A stretch of DNA of 64,000 bases from Podarcis gaigeae (lineage: Eukaryota). The stretch is taken from assembly GCA_964106915.2 (NCBI GenBank), contig OZ066929.1. The stretch is one strand, 5' to 3'. The notes under the pieces were generated by a model. The model did not search any database, was not told the DNA's origin, and saw nothing but the letters and a program-made list of their open reading frames with translations. Within the stretch, counting starts at the first letter, position 1. The number at the start of each line of letters is the position of its first letter. Of the stretch, positions 23,722 to 36,213 are shown piece by piece. Made by a program: the position numbers and the translations under genes.

Positions 23722-24082
23722 GGTACAGGTAAAGGTACCCCTGCCCGTACGGGCCAGTCTTGCCAGACTCTGGGGTTGTGCGCCCATCTCACTCAAGAGG
23801 CCAGGGGCCAGCGCTGTCCGGAGACACTTCCGGGTCACGTGGCCAGCGTGACATCGCTGCTCTGGCGAGCCAGAGCCGCACACGGAAACGCCGTTTACCT
23901 TCCCGCTGGTAAGCGGTCCCTATTTATCTACTTGCACCCGGAGGTGCTTTCGAACTGCTAGGTTGGCAGGCGCTGGGACCGAGCAGTGGGAGCGCACCCC
24001 GCCGCAGGGATTCGAACCGCCGACCTTTTGATCGGCAAGTCCTAGGCGCTGAGGCTTTAACCCACAGCGCCACCTGCGTCCC
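23722..24082 (-). mobile_element. Sauria SINE, distinct CpG-rich (young) subfamily
   Basis: Full length; 13-bp TSD TTTTGCTAATTTA (23709-23721, 24083-24095). Confidence 0.95.
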
Positions 24083-24172
24083 TTTTGCTAATTTACTAGG
24101 AGTTAAATTCCACCGTCACATCATTTTCATATAATTTTCTTCCAGCGTACAACGTCCCATGAATTTCAGAAG

Positions 24173-24611
24173 TTTATAAAATTATACATGACATGGGGAA
24201 AGTGGACAGAGGAAAGTTTTACTCCCTCTCTCATATCACTAGAACTCAAGTGCACCTAGCGAAGCTGAGCTTGGGGAGATTCAGGACATCAAAGAAAGTC
24301 TTTCTTCACACAGCACAAACTGGAACTCGCTTCCGCAAGAGACAGAGAAGGCCACCAACTTGGAGGTCTGGACATATTCACGGAGTCCAAGGCTATCAAC
24401 AGCTACTGACTATGAAAGAGACTATGCTCTGCCGCCATGGTCAGAGGCAATAATGCGTCTGAACATCAATTGCTGGAAACAGCAGCAGGAGAGAGTGATC
24501 TTATGCTCAAGTCCTGCTTGTGGGTTTCCTGAGGGCATCTGCTTGACCAGTGTGAGAATGCTGGTCTAAATGGGTCACTGGCCTGATCCAGGAGGCTCTT
24601 ATGTTCATCTT
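24173..24611 (+). mobile_element. CR1 LINE 3' end
   Basis: MGKVDRGKFYSLSHITRTQVHLAKL..GRFRT resembles the CR1 ORF2 C-terminus; typical 3' UTR follows. Confidence 0.85.
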
Positions 24612-24766
24612 CCTTGGGTGCATACCACCAAGACAGGTATCAGGCAGCTGTTTCAAAAGAGCCATGGAGCTAGGATGAGAAAGCCACTGCTGCCTGGCTG
24701 GTTCACACCCTATTTTTTCCTGCTCTCATTCCTTGTCAAAGAAGTCCAGCAGGTTTTTTTAAAGTA

Positions 24767-25420
24767 TAGTCATATGCCATGTTACGTTTACTTCATGTTA
24801 TGTTCTTTCAGGTTATGTCCCGCGGCAACCCGGAAGTACTGGAAAGGGTTACTTCTAGATTGGAAGAAATTTAAAGACTATTTACAGAAACATTGTAAAA
24901 TTAAGGAATGTTAGAAGGATGCTGGAATGAAGTTATGTGGTTTTAGCAGTAATGTTACAGAATTAAGTAAAATTGGACTATGAATAGGTGAGAATGTAAA
25001 GATACAATATATTAAGATAAATTATTAAGATAAAAGCAAAAATGGAAAGGATTTGCTGAAACAATTAACTGAATTAGAATACAAAAAAGGGAGGTGTGAG
25101 GAGGTCAGGGAAACAAGCAAATGAAAGATAAGATATGGAAATATTTATTTGTTTTTAACTGTTTTTATTTTTATTTTTCTTTGTATTTTGTATTTTCTGT
25201 TTCCTTTTTATTTATATTTTTGTAATTCTTTGAAACTTTAATAAATATTATTTCAAAAAAAGAGAGGAAAGGGTTACTTCTGGGTTTCACCGCTCGAGCA
25301 TGCGCACAAGTGCCAAATTGCACCGCGCACCTGCGCAGATATGGCACTTCACGTTGCGCTCTTTTCATATTGTGAATGGGCCTCCGGAACGGATCCTGTT
25401 CGCAACCAGACGTACCACTG
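24767..25420. mobile_element. pogo/Tigger-like MITE interrupted by an L1-like 3' end
   Basis: TA-flanked (C)AGTCATA...GTACCACTG; uninterrupted sister copy at 52948-53196. Confidence 0.88.
24857..25265 (+). mobile_element. L1-like 3' end (related subfamily)
   Basis: DWKKFKDYLQKHCKIKEC*, AATAAA, A-tail; 16-bp TSD GGAAAGGGTTACTTCT (24841-24856, 25266-25281). Confidence 0.9.
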
Positions 25421-26823
25421 TACTATCACAACCTTGTTTTCACCTGAGACAACAGTGGGGCATACACAAAAAAAGCACTTGGACACAGCAATTTAAAGCC
25501 TAGAAACATGGCACAAAAGGAAGTCTGGATGAGCCCCCAGTTGTTGTCCTTTTGCCTCTCCTCCATGCTAGTCTTCCCTCCAGTCTGCTCTCCTCTCTCC
25601 TCTCTACCACCAACTCTTCCTTTTCTTTGGCAGGGTAGAGTGCCTTCATTCCTAATTAGGGCTCTTCTTTTATCTGCGAGATCTGCTCTCGGAACCTATT
25701 GGCATTTCCATTGTAAACAGACTTGTTTGCTTCTTGGCTATTCCTCTGACATTGTCCCTGACACAAAAGCTGAGTCAGGCATCTCAGTGGAGAGGAGCAG
25801 GATTATCCCACACTTGCTAAGCACTTGCTAAGTGCTTCCTGGAGATGCTGTGCTGGAAAGGGGAAAGGAAGGCTGAAGTGGATGGATTGTGGCCTCATCT
25901 AGCAGACCAGGGCCTATATCTTCCTTTCCAGCACAGTGTGGATGAAAGGGGCATGTGCTGTTGACTTGGAGTGTGGATCATACTGTAGATCTCCTGTATC
26001 GTGTGGAACCTAACCACTAAGACAGGAAGTTTTGCAATCATCCCATTCCATCTTGCAAGTTGGAACCACCTCTGTCCACAGCTCCTTTTGCACTGGAACA
26101 TCCCAGCAATACTAGACTGAGCCATCTCCACCGATCTCTTTGCCTGCTCTCGCTCCCCTCCCCAGGCTTATTTATATAATATCCTGTAATTATATCGGAA
26201 TAACTGGCTCTTGCTGATTAGTGGGTGATTATGTTTCATAGCAACAAAATGAATATTTCCCAATTAACTCTTTGAGTTTATAATATGGAAGACAAAAGCC
26301 TAGCTTTTCCCTTACGTTTTCCTTTGAAGAATTAAAACCCCCTAATGAACCTGTCATTGTCTCGCACGTAAACAAAACCATTAATTGGTTAATTCTTACT
26401 GTGCAAGTTAAGTGGCTTTCTCCAGAATCCTATTTGCTACACCCTGAGTTTGTCCCACTTAGTATTATCTGGAGGAACATAAGTTCTGAAAGGCTCAAGC
26501 ACTGCCAGCAGTCTGGATCCTGCATGCATGTTGGGAGGGTCATTGATCAGTGGTAGAACACAAACTTTGCAAATTTAGTTTCTGGCGTTGCTAGTTGATG
26601 GACCTCAGAAAGTGGATCTGCCTGGGAAAAGATCCCTCTAGCCCTGAGACTCGACAGTCTAAGGAGACCAGGGGGCAGGTAGACTTCAGGCTTTCAGACT
26701 TAAATTTGTACCCCCTTCTGTTGGTTCACAAAAAAAAAATACAAAATTTAAACACAAAATATATAAAACACACACAAACAAACACATTTAAAAGGCCATA
26801 AAATGTTAATCAGCCCAACACCT

Positions 26824-27081
26824 GGGAAGGACCTACACTCAAGGATTAAGGAATGATTTTCATAACGTAATGGACACATTATGTTTTAATAATGTGTTAT
26901 TAAAATCTGACACCAGAGGACACTGCAGAGCAACCAGGAAGCGGCAGTAAGGGACACTGCATTATTACCGAAGAAACAAGGTAGGAATGTTTCTAATTTA
27001 CCGGTATGTCCTGTGACGTTTTTAGAATGACATATCTAATATTGTTCTAATAACATTTAAAAGGTCAGTGTAGATCCAGCC
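26824..27081. mobile_element. PIF/Harbinger-like MITE (degenerate)
   Basis: GGACCTACACT...AGTGTAGATCCAGCC inverted ends. Confidence 0.55.
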
Positions 27082-28150
27082 TTAGTCAAAGAGAAACATT
27101 TTTGCCAGGCGCTTAAAGATATGCAATGAAGGTACCAAGCGGGCCTCCTTAGAGAGAGCATTCCACAAATGGGGAGTCACTGCAGAAAAGGCCTGTCCCC
27201 CAGACCTCTCATGGGGAACCCACCCAAAGAAGGGCCTCAGATGATGATTGCAGGGTATGGGTCGGTTCATATGGGAAGAAGCGATCCTTGAGGTATTGCA
27301 GTCCCGAGACATTTCTGGCTTTATAGGTCAAAACCAGCACTTTAATTGGGCCTGGAAACTAATTGCCAACCAGGGCAGTTGGGCCAGGATCGGTCTAATA
27401 TGTTTACACCGTCTTGCCCCAGTGAGCAACCTGGCCACTGAATTCTGCACCAGCTGAGGTTTCTGAACTGTATTCAGAGGCAGCCCTACGTATAATGTAG
27501 TAATCTAGGCTCAGGCAAACTCAGCCCTCCAGATGTTTTGGAACTACAACTTCCATCATCCCTAGCTAACAGGTCAGGAATGATGGGAACTGTAGTCTCA
27601 AAACATCTGGAGGGCCAAGTTTGCCTATGCCTGTAGTAATCTAACCTAGAGATTACCAGAGCATAGACAACAGAGGTTAAGCTATCACTGTCCAGATAGG
27701 GGCACAGCTGGGCCACCAGCCGAAGCTGATGGAAGGCACCCTGTGCCACTAAGGCCACTTGAACCTCAAGCGACAACAATTCATCAAGAAGTACCCCCAG
27801 GCTGCATACCCTCTCCTTCAGAGGGAGTGTAACCGCATCAAGAGCTGTTAACCTCCCAACCATCTTGTCTAGGGAATAATCCACTAACAGTGTCTCAGTC
27901 CTATCTGGATTAAGCTTCATGTTGGCTCTCATCCAGTCCATTATTGAGGCAAGACAACAGTCCAGCACATCCACTGCTTCACCTGCAGATGTAAAAAAGA
28001 TGTAAAAAAGAAGCAGAGCTGTCTGTCATCAGCATATTGTTGACAATGAACTCCAAACCTTCAGATCACCCCACTCAATGGGGTAGATGTTAAACAGCAT
28101 AGGGGATAAAACTGAACCCTGAGGAACCCTACATTTCTCTGTGGCTCAGT
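27082..28150 (-). mobile_element. L2 LINE RT / C-terminal fragment
   Basis: CLASIMDWMRANMKLNPDRTETL...SLGVLLD..LSLEVQVALVAQGAFHQLRLVAQLCPYL...SRLDY; AFSAVTPHLWNAL. Confidence 0.92.
27506..27633. mobile_element. hAT (Charlie-like) palindromic MITE inside the L2
   Basis: 8-bp TSD TAGTAATC (27498-27505, 27634-27641); AGGCAAACT...AGTTTGCCT. Confidence 0.92.
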
Positions 28151-28656
28151 TGGGTGGACAGGCACTATAGGCTTATCAAAACTTACCCTTTGCCCTGCTC
28201 TTTTCAGACACAGGCCTGTACTTAAAAACTCTCTGTCCACAAAAAATTGCTCTTTAGTGCTCAATCAGAGCAAACATCAATTTGGGTTTTCTGCGGATTG
28301 CTGTTTGCTCTGATTAAGCTTTAAAGAGCAAATGGCACATGAAGAAGGGCCTCAGATGATGATGACATTGTCCGCGTTGGTTCATATGGGATGGGGTGAC
28401 CCCTGAGGTTGGTTCAAACTGCTTTCCTAGAAGTTTCCCTCCATAATCTTTGATGATAAATATTCACCGCATCTCCTCTGAACCTTTTGGTGAATGTTCA
28501 GTGTGCATTTCATATTCGGGTATTTGATTTGCGATGTCAGTTGACTTCAGAATTTGATATTTTACCTTGACATTGATTTCTGCATTTTCATATCTTACAG
28601 TCCAAGCGGTTAACAGCTGGAGAGTTCCATGTTTGAAATCAAAGCAACTAAGATGT

Positions 28657-29025
28657 GATTTAACTGACCTTAAAGTGGCCATACTGGAGCAAACAGAGTT
28701 CAAAGGGAGATTGCAACATGAAACCAATGAATTATAATTCATCAAGACAGTCATGCCTATCTCTTGTGAATTGAATTGGCACCATGGATTTTTAACACAT
28801 TTGCTAATTGGCTTACCAATGCCAGGATGTCTGTGTTATTGACAATTTCTTGTCTGTGAACGATCACTGTTAACAAAGTAATTATCACTGTTCATAGTAC
28901 TATCTCCAGCTATATATACATATGTATTCCTGCAACTTCATGCATAACACTTCATGCATTTCATGAAGTGGGTTGAAGCCCATGAAAGCTTACTATGCTT
29001 CAAGACTTGTTGCAATTTTTGCTGC
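28657..29025 (+). mobile_element. Penelope-like element remnant (GIY-YIG C-terminus plus terminal repeat)
   Basis: DLTDLKVAILEQTEFKGRLQHETNEL*FIK, followed by ATGAAGTGGG..CCCATGAAAGCTTA. Confidence 0.75.
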
Positions 29026-29072
29026 CCCTATGAAAATTATGGGATGCCAATAAGCTAAGTCACTTAGCAGTA

Positions 29073-29751
29073 CAGTGGTACCTTGGTTCTCAAACTTAAT
29101 CTGTTCTGGAAGTCTGTTCTAAAACCAAAGCGTTCCAAAACCAAGGCACACTTTCCCATAGAAAGTAATGCAAAACAGATTAATCCGTTCCAGACTTTTA
29201 AAAACAACCCCTAAAACAGTGATTTAACATGAATTTTACTATCTAACGAGACCATTGGTCCATAAAATGAAAGCAATAATCAATGTACTGTACTATAAAA
29301 TAAATAAATAAGACAGTATAGTAGAGGATAAATATTAAAACTAATTTTTTTCTTACCTGCACTGATGATAGTCATTGTTTGGATGGGGGCTTTTATCCAT
29401 TTCCACAGTCACACAATCAATCAATAAGTATCTGAACTAGGTTCTCCTGTACATAGTCACAAAAACAAATTAACTAAAAAAAAGCTTTAAAATCAAAAAA
29501 TCAAAATAAATAGCAAAAATATAAGCGCCAAACTTAATCCATTCCAGAAGTCCGTTTTACCTCTGAAATGTTTGAAAACCAAGGCACAGCTTCTGATTGG
29601 TGTAGGCATCCTGGAAACAATAGCCGACAGCCGCATCGGACGTTTGGCTTATGAAAAATGTTCAAAAACCGGAACACTTACTTCTGGGTTTTCAGTGATT
29701 GGGAACCAAGGCCTTTGAGTACCAAGGCATTTGAGAACCAAGGTACCACTG
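29073..29751. mobile_element. pogo/Tigger-like non-autonomous transposon (679 bp)
   Basis: Perfect 22-bp TIRs CAGTGGTACCTTGGTTCTCAAA; TA TSD. Confidence 0.94.
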
Positions 29752-31493
29752 TATACTTGGTCGACAGGTGAAACGTATGTGCTAGTATAACATTGTTGCA
29801 CAAGTAAAATGTGTAAGGAAGTTGCTGGCAACCTAGTTATGCAATAGACCACACAATCTTACATGCAACAGGCTTCTGTTGTGCAACGTTCAAACTAACC
29901 CACCTCCTAGGGCAAGTGCCCTTGTGCTAGCAAGGCAATGTCCAATAAAGACAAAATCTGAATGTTGACACAGGAGCTTTTGACGAATTTCACATTTTTG
30001 TGGATATTCATTTCTGCTCTAGTTCCATAGCTGTGTGACAACTGAATTCACTGCTGCGACCTTAAAAACCCCCCCAAATTTAAAGAGTTGGGGCATGGGG
30101 GGTTGTGGGCATTTTCAGAGAGGAGGAGTTTGAGTGACTGATGCTTTTTGTGACTGTTCATGGGGAACCACTTGACTATTGCCAGAGGTAAAGGTCTACA
30201 ACAGAGTTATTTATATATTACAGCCACCGCCGGAGGGATAGCTGTCATGATCCAGCGAAGTGTGTCAGTTATAAACCAGCTTCTCAGAGCAGGAGCTGTC
30301 AAAAGCGGTGATGAGTCAAGACAAACCTCTTGCTCTGCGTGGCGCTCACCTTTCTCTGGGAAGTGGCTTAATGATGATAAATATAGAGCCAGGAGGGAGT
30401 TAAGCTGTTGCCTGCGATTTCAAATGAAGGAGAAGGCTCCGGGACTCATCATCTGTGCTTGAGTCTGACACACGTGTCTCCATCTTCTTTGATCCATTAT
30501 ACAGATAGGGTGAACAATGAACCTACTCACCCTTGCTTTGCAAGCTCTAGAATTCAAGTGTCCTTGGGTTGAGATGGAAAAGCCTATCAGTCAGTATAAT
30601 CTGGGGTGTGTGTGTGTGTGTGTGGATAATGTTGTAATGTTGCTTAAAAGAAAGGACTTCCGCCCTAGACCTGAGCAACTGCAAGCGCTTAGATAGACAC
30701 CTTATTAAATGCCTCGTATCCATTCTGACAAGAACTTCAGGGTTTGCTGAGAACTGGGGAAGGCCAAGCACAGATTGAAAAGCACAAGTCTGCTCATTTA
30801 ATTAGGAGTGGTATGGACAGGATAGTTTGTCTCAAGTCTTTTATTTCATCTCATTAAAGAGTTGTTGTAAGGGGGTCAACTATACACAGCTGGGGGGCAG
30901 CTCAGGGATGGGGAAGGAGCCTGTTGTCTGCTTTTGCCCAGAGAAAGGAAGGCATAGCATATTCTGACAGGTTCGTTTTAACTAGGGCAGTGTCAAAAGT
31001 TCACCTATTTTGATCTGGGGAGGGCAAAAACAATGTTTTCAGTGGGGCCAAAATGCTCCGAGAAGAAGAAGAAAGCCTCTACCTATTTTTGACTGTTAAC
31101 AGCAGTACACAGTTATAGTTTCTCCTTTCTGCTGCTTCTTCTGTGCAACTTCTTCTGTTCTTTCCTTTCTCAAGGGATCCCGGCCAATCAGGGATCATAT
31201 ACTGAACAAGCTGGTGCCACAGCACTACATGGAGTTATGCGTGTAGCCCACTTAAAGTGTTAACATTAAATATTATGAAAAGAAATGTGAGAGGGACAGT
31301 GGGCATGAGTTGTGTGCTAGTTCTTCTTTGGTTATTTTTCACGTTTGACACTAAATATACAAACAAGAAGCCTTGTCTATTTGTGGTGGCTCCACATGTT
31401 TTAGAACCCAGGAAAATCAGGGTTATAAAATGCACAAGGAGAACACATGAGTGCAAGAAGTTTCCTGCTTCAGACAGCCACTCTCTAAGAGTT

Positions 31494-31831
31494 GTAAAGG
31501 TAAAGGGACCCCTGAGCATTAGGTCCAGTCGTGACCGACTCTGGGGTTGCGGTGCTCATCTCACTTTATTGGCCGAGGGAGCCGGCGTACAGCTTCTAGG
31601 TCATGTGGCCAGCATGACTAAGCTGCTTCTGGTGAACCAGAGCAGCGCATGGAAACGCCATTTACCTTCCCACCGGAGTGGTACCTATTTATCTACTTGC
31701 ACTTTGACATGCTTTCGAACTGCTAGGTTGGCAGGAGCAGGGACTAAGCAATGGGAGCTCACCCCGTTGTGGGGATTCGAACTGTCGACCTTCTGATCGG
31801 CAAGCCCTAGGTTCTGTGGTTTAACCCACAG
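31494..31831 (-). mobile_element. Sauria SINE, slightly 5'-truncated
   Basis: GTAAAGGTAAAGGGACCCC...GGTTTAACCCACAG. Confidence 0.95.
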
Positions 31832-31946
31832 TTGAGGATAGTGCAAATAATGGTGAAGAGGGTATGTATGGAGCTATTGCACCGACCCCTGCTGCCAACT
31901 CCAGTTGTTTTCATAACACTTAATGACAATGACTGAAGCAGGCTCA

Positions 31947-32412
31947 TGTGATGATGTCACTGAGGGCAAATGAAGTACTGAAAATTGAAACTGTGGGCAA
32001 AGCTTCCTGCATCGGGATTTACAGAATGCTGTGTGAGATAGTAAGTCTGCAGGCTTGAGTTTGCTAGCTGATGCAACTGGCTGATGCTATCAGCCTGCAA
32101 TAATTTCTATGGAAGTGCTGGGTCAGAATGAGTCAGCTGTAATGTGCTGACAGTTGATTGGCTGTCATGGGTTTAAAAGGGAAACCTGTCCAGCAGTAAA
32201 GGGGTGGTGTAGAAGAGTGTGGTCAGAGAGAGAGCGATAGAAAGGTCTTCCTATTTGCCTTAAGGTGCGGCCAGGTACTTTGTTTGACTGTATGAACTGC
32301 TCGTGTATTATATCCTGTAGATATTTGTATATATAGCTCATAATAAATATACTTCGCTGAAGAACCTGGAACTCTGAGCATTTCTGCTAAAGCGCTGCGG
32401 AGAATTCACAAC
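31947..32412 (+). mobile_element. Probable solo LTR; boundaries approximate
   Basis: TGTGATG start, GATTGG, TTTAAAA, AATAAA, CAACA end in LTR order; no clean TSD. Confidence 0.45.
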
Positions 32413-33690
32413 ATCCTGCACTGGTGGCAAGCATGTTTCCAGCCGTCGCAAGGAGCTAGGGAGCAGGGGGCAGAGCTGAATGCCCAGCCCCCTGAAAAAA
32501 AATTGGGGGCCCCCAAAAGTGGCTCAGCCCCTAGGAGCTGGCATGTATAATGTCCTTTCTTTCTTCACCAATGCCCAGAAAGTCAGTAATGAAAATGGGA
32601 GCAGAGCTTCAATTTAGCTTTATAAATTTAGATCCATAGATATCTTTTAGCTTAGTGCTAAGCTTAGCACCTTGCTTTTCTTGCCATTTTGAGGTGCTTG
32701 CGTCTATGCCTGTGGATCTCCCAATGGAAGACAGCGGTCTCTGGGGCCACCATGAGAGGCATGATGCAACCCACAAAGCATCTCTGGCTCTGAAGTTGCA
32801 AATCCTCACTTTCCACAACCTGTTCCTGCTTACGCAAGAACAGACCTTGGCCGGCTAATTTTGCTGCCCTTAGTGCTGTTCTAAAAGACCTACAGAGAAC
32901 GATATATCTACAGGCGGAATGGAAGGTAATCACGACTTCAGACACACACTGAGGCAGTATATATTTTGAGAAATCTGCAAAGTCACTGATGCTGAAATGG
33001 TGCTCCCAACTCCTCTTTCCAAAGCTGTCGAGAAGATTTGCGGGAGAGGATTCCTGGTGCGCCTGGCCTCCCTCCAGAGGCCCAACTTTCATTAAAACAC
33101 TGACCACAGAACATTCCTTTTATTTTGGGTCCCAGGCCCACAAGATGAGCTTGATCAAAAGGCTCATTAAAGAGAAACATGACACAATCTGGTGGGTCCC
33201 CAAGCACTTATGGAAAGAAGCGTTTCCCCTGCATTACAAAAAGTGCTGCTGTTGTCTCTTTTTGTTTTGTTGTTTCTTCCTCCAGAGGAACATTGAGGAA
33301 AGGTAGTGATGGTTTACTTAAATGGTTTTCAAGGGAAAAGGAGAGAAAGGAGTGTGTCCATTAATTTCAATAGTCTTCTCCAGGCTTGGCGAACCCTTTT
33401 CAGGCAGAGGGATGCATTCCCTCTCGGGGAACCTTCTGGGGACTGCATTCAAGTAGTGGGTGGGGCCAGAGGCAAAAGTGTGTGGAGTAACAAATGCAAA
33501 ATTTGCCTTTGAACAGTGCAGCCCCCCCATTTCCATCCAGGCAAGCGAGTGTCATTATCGGAGTTCAAGGAAGAATTCTAGCCTGGCAAAAAACACTCAA
33601 AGCAGGGACTGTGTGTGGTGTAGCTTGGGAACTGTGTGGGTGTGGCTGAGGAGGAGCTGTAGCCTGGCAAGAGCACTGAGGGTCACATAG

Positions 33691-33793
33691 ACGGGAGTGG
33701 AGGGCCAGGAGAATGTTAGCCGCTTTGAGACTCCTTCGGGTAGTGATAAAGCGGGATATCAAATCCAAACTCTTCTTCTTCTCTTCTTCTTCT
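33691..33793 (+). mobile_element. 3' end of an L2-tailed SINE with (CTT)n tail
   Basis: AGCCGCTTTGAGACTCCTTCGGGTAGTGATAAAGCGGGATAT stem-loop followed by (CTT)n. Confidence 0.6.
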
Positions 33794-34623
33794 TAAAGCT
33801 GGTTCCAGTGCTAAATAGTGGGAAGTGGCGACTCTGAATTAAGCTCTGGAAGACAGCATTGGTTCAAAGGCCTGCCTTCAAAGATGACCTCCAAGAGAGA
33901 CGCTTGATGGGGTGCTTTGGGGACAGTTAGCTTCTATTCACAGAGCGCCTATTGTTATAAACGCTCGGATGGGCCTGTGCGCTGGGTGGCCTGGCAAGGG
34001 TGCCAAACACATAAATCCTTTTTGCCTGGAAAGGACAGCAACTGGTCCATGTTGATAACACTGTTGCAATTATTGCAAAGTATAACAAAAAAGGAAAATA
34101 AACACAACAGATGCTCCTAAAATACACTGCTTCTCCCGCCCACTTGCCCGCTGCCCCAATTCAACTTGGAATGTATCCAAGTGTTACTGCTTCAGTCTGC
34201 TTCCAAGATCTTTCCCCCATCCCTTTGTGCCTCTGCCCACCACAGAGCGTGTGACCCCTTGGAACCTTGTGGTGGGGATTGTGGTAGGGAGAGAGTATTG
34301 TAAAACATTGTGAATGGAACCAAAATAAAGCACAGCCTTCCTGTATAACCCTGGTGGATTTGGCAGTCCTAAACGCTGCTGCTTCTCTTGTCCTTGCAGG
34401 CTGAATCCTGCGATTCAGAATCCTGCTTCTGAAAGGCATCCCTTTTCTTCCCTAGGGATGAAAGCACCCTGAATCTGGCAAAAAATAAAATAAAAATCTT
34501 GCAGTTCCTTTCCCATCCATCTAGTTTTGCAAAACCCTTCCGCCCCAAATGGATTTCCAGACACTTTGTTGAAGACGGAAATATCTCCATCTCTGTCTCC
34601 ACATGCACACACAGACTTATATA

Positions 34624-34863
34624 CAGTGGTACCTCGGGTTAAGTACTTAATTCGTTCTGGAGGTCCGTACTTAACCTGAAACTGTTCTTAACCTGAAGCA
34701 CCACTTTAGCTAATGGGGCCTCCTGCTGCCGCTGCGCCGCTGGAGCACGGTTTCTGTTCTCATCCTGAAGCAAAGTTTTTGCTGAAGCACTATTTCTGGG
34801 TTAGCGGAGTCTGTAACCTGATGTGTCTGTAACCTGAAGCATCTTTAACCTGAGGTACCACTG
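34624..34863. mobile_element. pogo/Tigger-like MITE
   Basis: TA|CAGTGGTACCTC...GAGGTACCACTG|TA. Confidence 0.93.
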
Positions 34864-34985
34864 TATATTTCTCTAGGTGCTGTAACAACACAACTTACAA
34901 ACGCAAGACATCTACGCTTCAGGATAGAAAATGCACCCCAGCAGGAAATTCAAGAGTTGGAATCAGTGGCAACTTTTGCTTGTGC

Positions 34986-35386
34986 CTAAGAACATAAGAA
35001 TCGCTGTGCTGGATCAGACCAAAGGCCTGTCTGGTGCAGCATCATTTTCCCACAGTAGCCAGTGAGACCCTTCTGGGAAGCCCACAAGTGGGACCCGAGT
35101 GTAGCAGTAGGATTCCTCCCTCTTGTGGTTGCAGCAATCAGTATTCTGAGGTATACTGTCTCCAACAGTGGAGGTATAGCATGACCACGATGACTAGCAG
35201 CCATTGATAGCTTTATCCTCTGAGAATTAGTCTAATTCTCTTTAAAAGCTGTCCTTGCTGGTGGTCAACTCTACATCATGTGGTAGGAAATTCAGTAGCT
35301 GTAACTATGAGCTGCTTGCTTTTGTCTCTCCCAGTTCCTTCTGCATTAAGCGTCATTCATCGGACGGCCCCATTGGGTTATTGTAT
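34986..35386 (-). mobile_element. CR1 3' end
   Basis: TAAGAACATAAGAA tail repeats; ACTAGCAGCCATTGATAGC...CTCTTTAAAAGC. Confidence 0.85.
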
Positions 35387-36213
35387 TGCGTGGACAGGCG
35401 GAGTCCCCAGATCCCGCGCGGTCCCCCCCGTCATGTGGAATAACGACTCAAGACAATGTGCTATGGGATTAAATTGGCCACAACTTTATTAAATTTCAAA
35501 TGTGGGCAGACCTTGGCTCAGGCATTGGGCGTTCTCCCTCCCCAGTCCCCAGCCGGGGACCTAGGGAGCATCAGGCTTATCCAGTGTGTGGGTGGGGGAT
35601 GGGCCGGCTCTGGAGAACATATGTTCAAGCAGAGATAGCCGCCCCCGTAATGCCGCCGCCGCAGGGGAAAGCAATGACGACCTTTTGGCGTACGGTCAAA
35701 GCCTCCCTTCAGAAAACCCCTTTAACGGGGAACCCTGGTATCGCCGCCGCAAAGAGGAAGATGGACTAAAGGATTCCGCCCAAGGCCTGATACCGCCAAA
35801 GTTGTGACGTTTTGCTACGGGAAAGGCGAAACCTGCCAATGCTGGGAAATTCCTTTCCGGCCCTTTAACAGCGACCTTAACGTAGCAGCGCCCCCATACC
35901 TGTGAAGAAAAGTTAACCTGCAAAACCTGTGAAGAAAAGTTAACCTGCAAAATAAGACATTAACTGAGGATGGGTAGGGTGGGAGAAGCTCTGGAGCCAA
36001 GTGAGGATTCCCAGGTAAGATCCTTCCTCCTTTGTGTGGGCAGGTAATCCCTCCCCTACCTGGCCTGGTCTCCTTGGCAACGCTTCCCCCAGGTGGGATT
36101 GGACAACTGACTGAGGTAGGCGGAGACCTCCAGGTATCCCACCTGAGGGAAGGCAAAGCCAAGCCTATGCTGTTGGAGCCGCTCCAGATCTAGGGGCTGC
36201 ACGCGTCCACGCA
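35387..36213 (-). mobile_element. CpG-rich LTR-like element (827 bp)
   Basis: TGCGTGGAC...GTCCACGCA ends; minus-strand AATAAA near 35485; PPT-like TTAAAACGGGGGG just outside the right end; no TSD. Confidence 0.7.

Larger units (their letters stand above)
22533..24172 (-). mobile_element. Older L1-like LINE 3' end (ORF2 C-terminal Cys-rich region, 3' UTR, polyA) hosting two nested insertions
   Basis: Poly-T at 22533; minus-strand [33 protein letters not shown] (CCHC-type motif). Confidence 0.85.

Noticed and set aside
28464-28754. 96-aa minus-strand ORF as a host exon
   Set aside because: Part of it is antisense to a Penelope GIY-YIG remnant and the rest resembles nothing I recognise.
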